Shown piece after piece: positions 63,749 through 64,000 of a stretch of 64,000 nucleotides of DNA (within the stretch, counting starts at the first letter, position 1; each line of letters starts with the position of its first letter). Below the pieces are notes generated by a model that was not told where the DNA came from, did no database searches, and worked only from the letters and a program-made list of their open reading frames with translations. Both the position numbers and the translations under genes were made by a program. The stretch comes from a virus (Duplodnaviria; Heunggongvirae; Uroviricota; Caudoviricetes), in IMG/VR virus record IMGVR_UViG_3300028610_001217; one strand, written 5' to 3'.

Positions 63749-64000
63749 CTGCTAAACCAACCTCGTTTCTGCTTTATACGTTTAATGTTTTCTTCGGGGG
63801 TATGGTCATTGATGTTGTAATTGTTTGAATAATCGTGTTCAGGTTTTTTAGCTATTATTTTTTTCTCTTGCGGTATCTCATAAAATTCTTCCCATTGAGC
63901 AACTATGTAATCTAATTTCCAGGTTGGGAAATTTAACATAACTAATGGATCTTTGTCCCATTGAGGTGTATAAATATGTAGTGCTGTTTCACAGCTAAAC
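63745..64000 (-). CDS. hypothetical protein, partial (5' end beyond window)
   Basis: The frame of ORF 63745..63939 stays open upstream to the window end (…FSCETALHIYTPQWDKDPLV-MLNFPTWK…). Confidence 0.3.
   Translation of the reverse strand, partial: FSCETALHIYTPQWDKDPLVMLNFPTWKLDYIVAQWEEFYEIPQEKKIIAKKPEHDYSNNYNINDHTPEENIKRIKQKRGWFSR

Overview
This 64 kb window looks like a contiguous piece of a large tailed-phage genome. Every convincing gene is on the minus strand, usually with 1-8 nt overlaps or ATGA stop/start coupling; all plus-strand ORFs in the track look like antisense artefacts. Gene calls rest on motifs recognised by eye, and RNA folds were done by hand, so coordinates may be off by a few nt. 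Modules from high to low coordinate (the transcription direction): (1) 57.0-64.0 kb: AAA+ ATPase of the proteasomal (ARC/Mpa/PAN-like) type; an amidoligase, LMW phosphatase, unknown 352-aa protein, class-II glutamine amidotransferase, P-loop kinase, MazG and Fic cluster (candidate DNA-base or peptide hypermodification module). (2) 32.6-56.5 kb: accessory region of small proteins, with a tandem array of four paralogous genes plus a distant fifth copy, YopX, a metallophosphoesterase, two RNA-ligase-like genes, an SPFH/prohibitin protein, a putative endolysin and tRNA-Gln. (3) 25.9-32.3 kb: dense array of about 22 tRNAs plus several non-canonical tRNA-like elements, with an HNH endonuclease and a JAB/MPN (JAMM) isopeptidase embedded. 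(4) 12.7-25.4 kb: a complete CMP-pseudaminic acid (Pse) pathway (PseB, PseC, PseH-like, PseG, two NeuB-family synthases, PseF-like) plus tailoring enzymes (PIG-L deacetylase, WbqC, TylF-like and other methyltransferases, a second DegT aminotransferase), interrupted by two free-standing NUMOD3 + Vsr/DUF559-like homing endonuclease genes that share a 72-nt identical repeat. (5) 0-12.7 kb: SPP1-like packaging/head module (TerS, TerL, portal, MuF-like morphogenesis protein, XkdF-like protease, acidic scaffold, decoration-like protein, major capsid). The MuF gene carries a 377-aa intein with the same Vsr-like endonuclease type, and its C-terminus is a PI3/4-kinase/HipA-like kinase domain.
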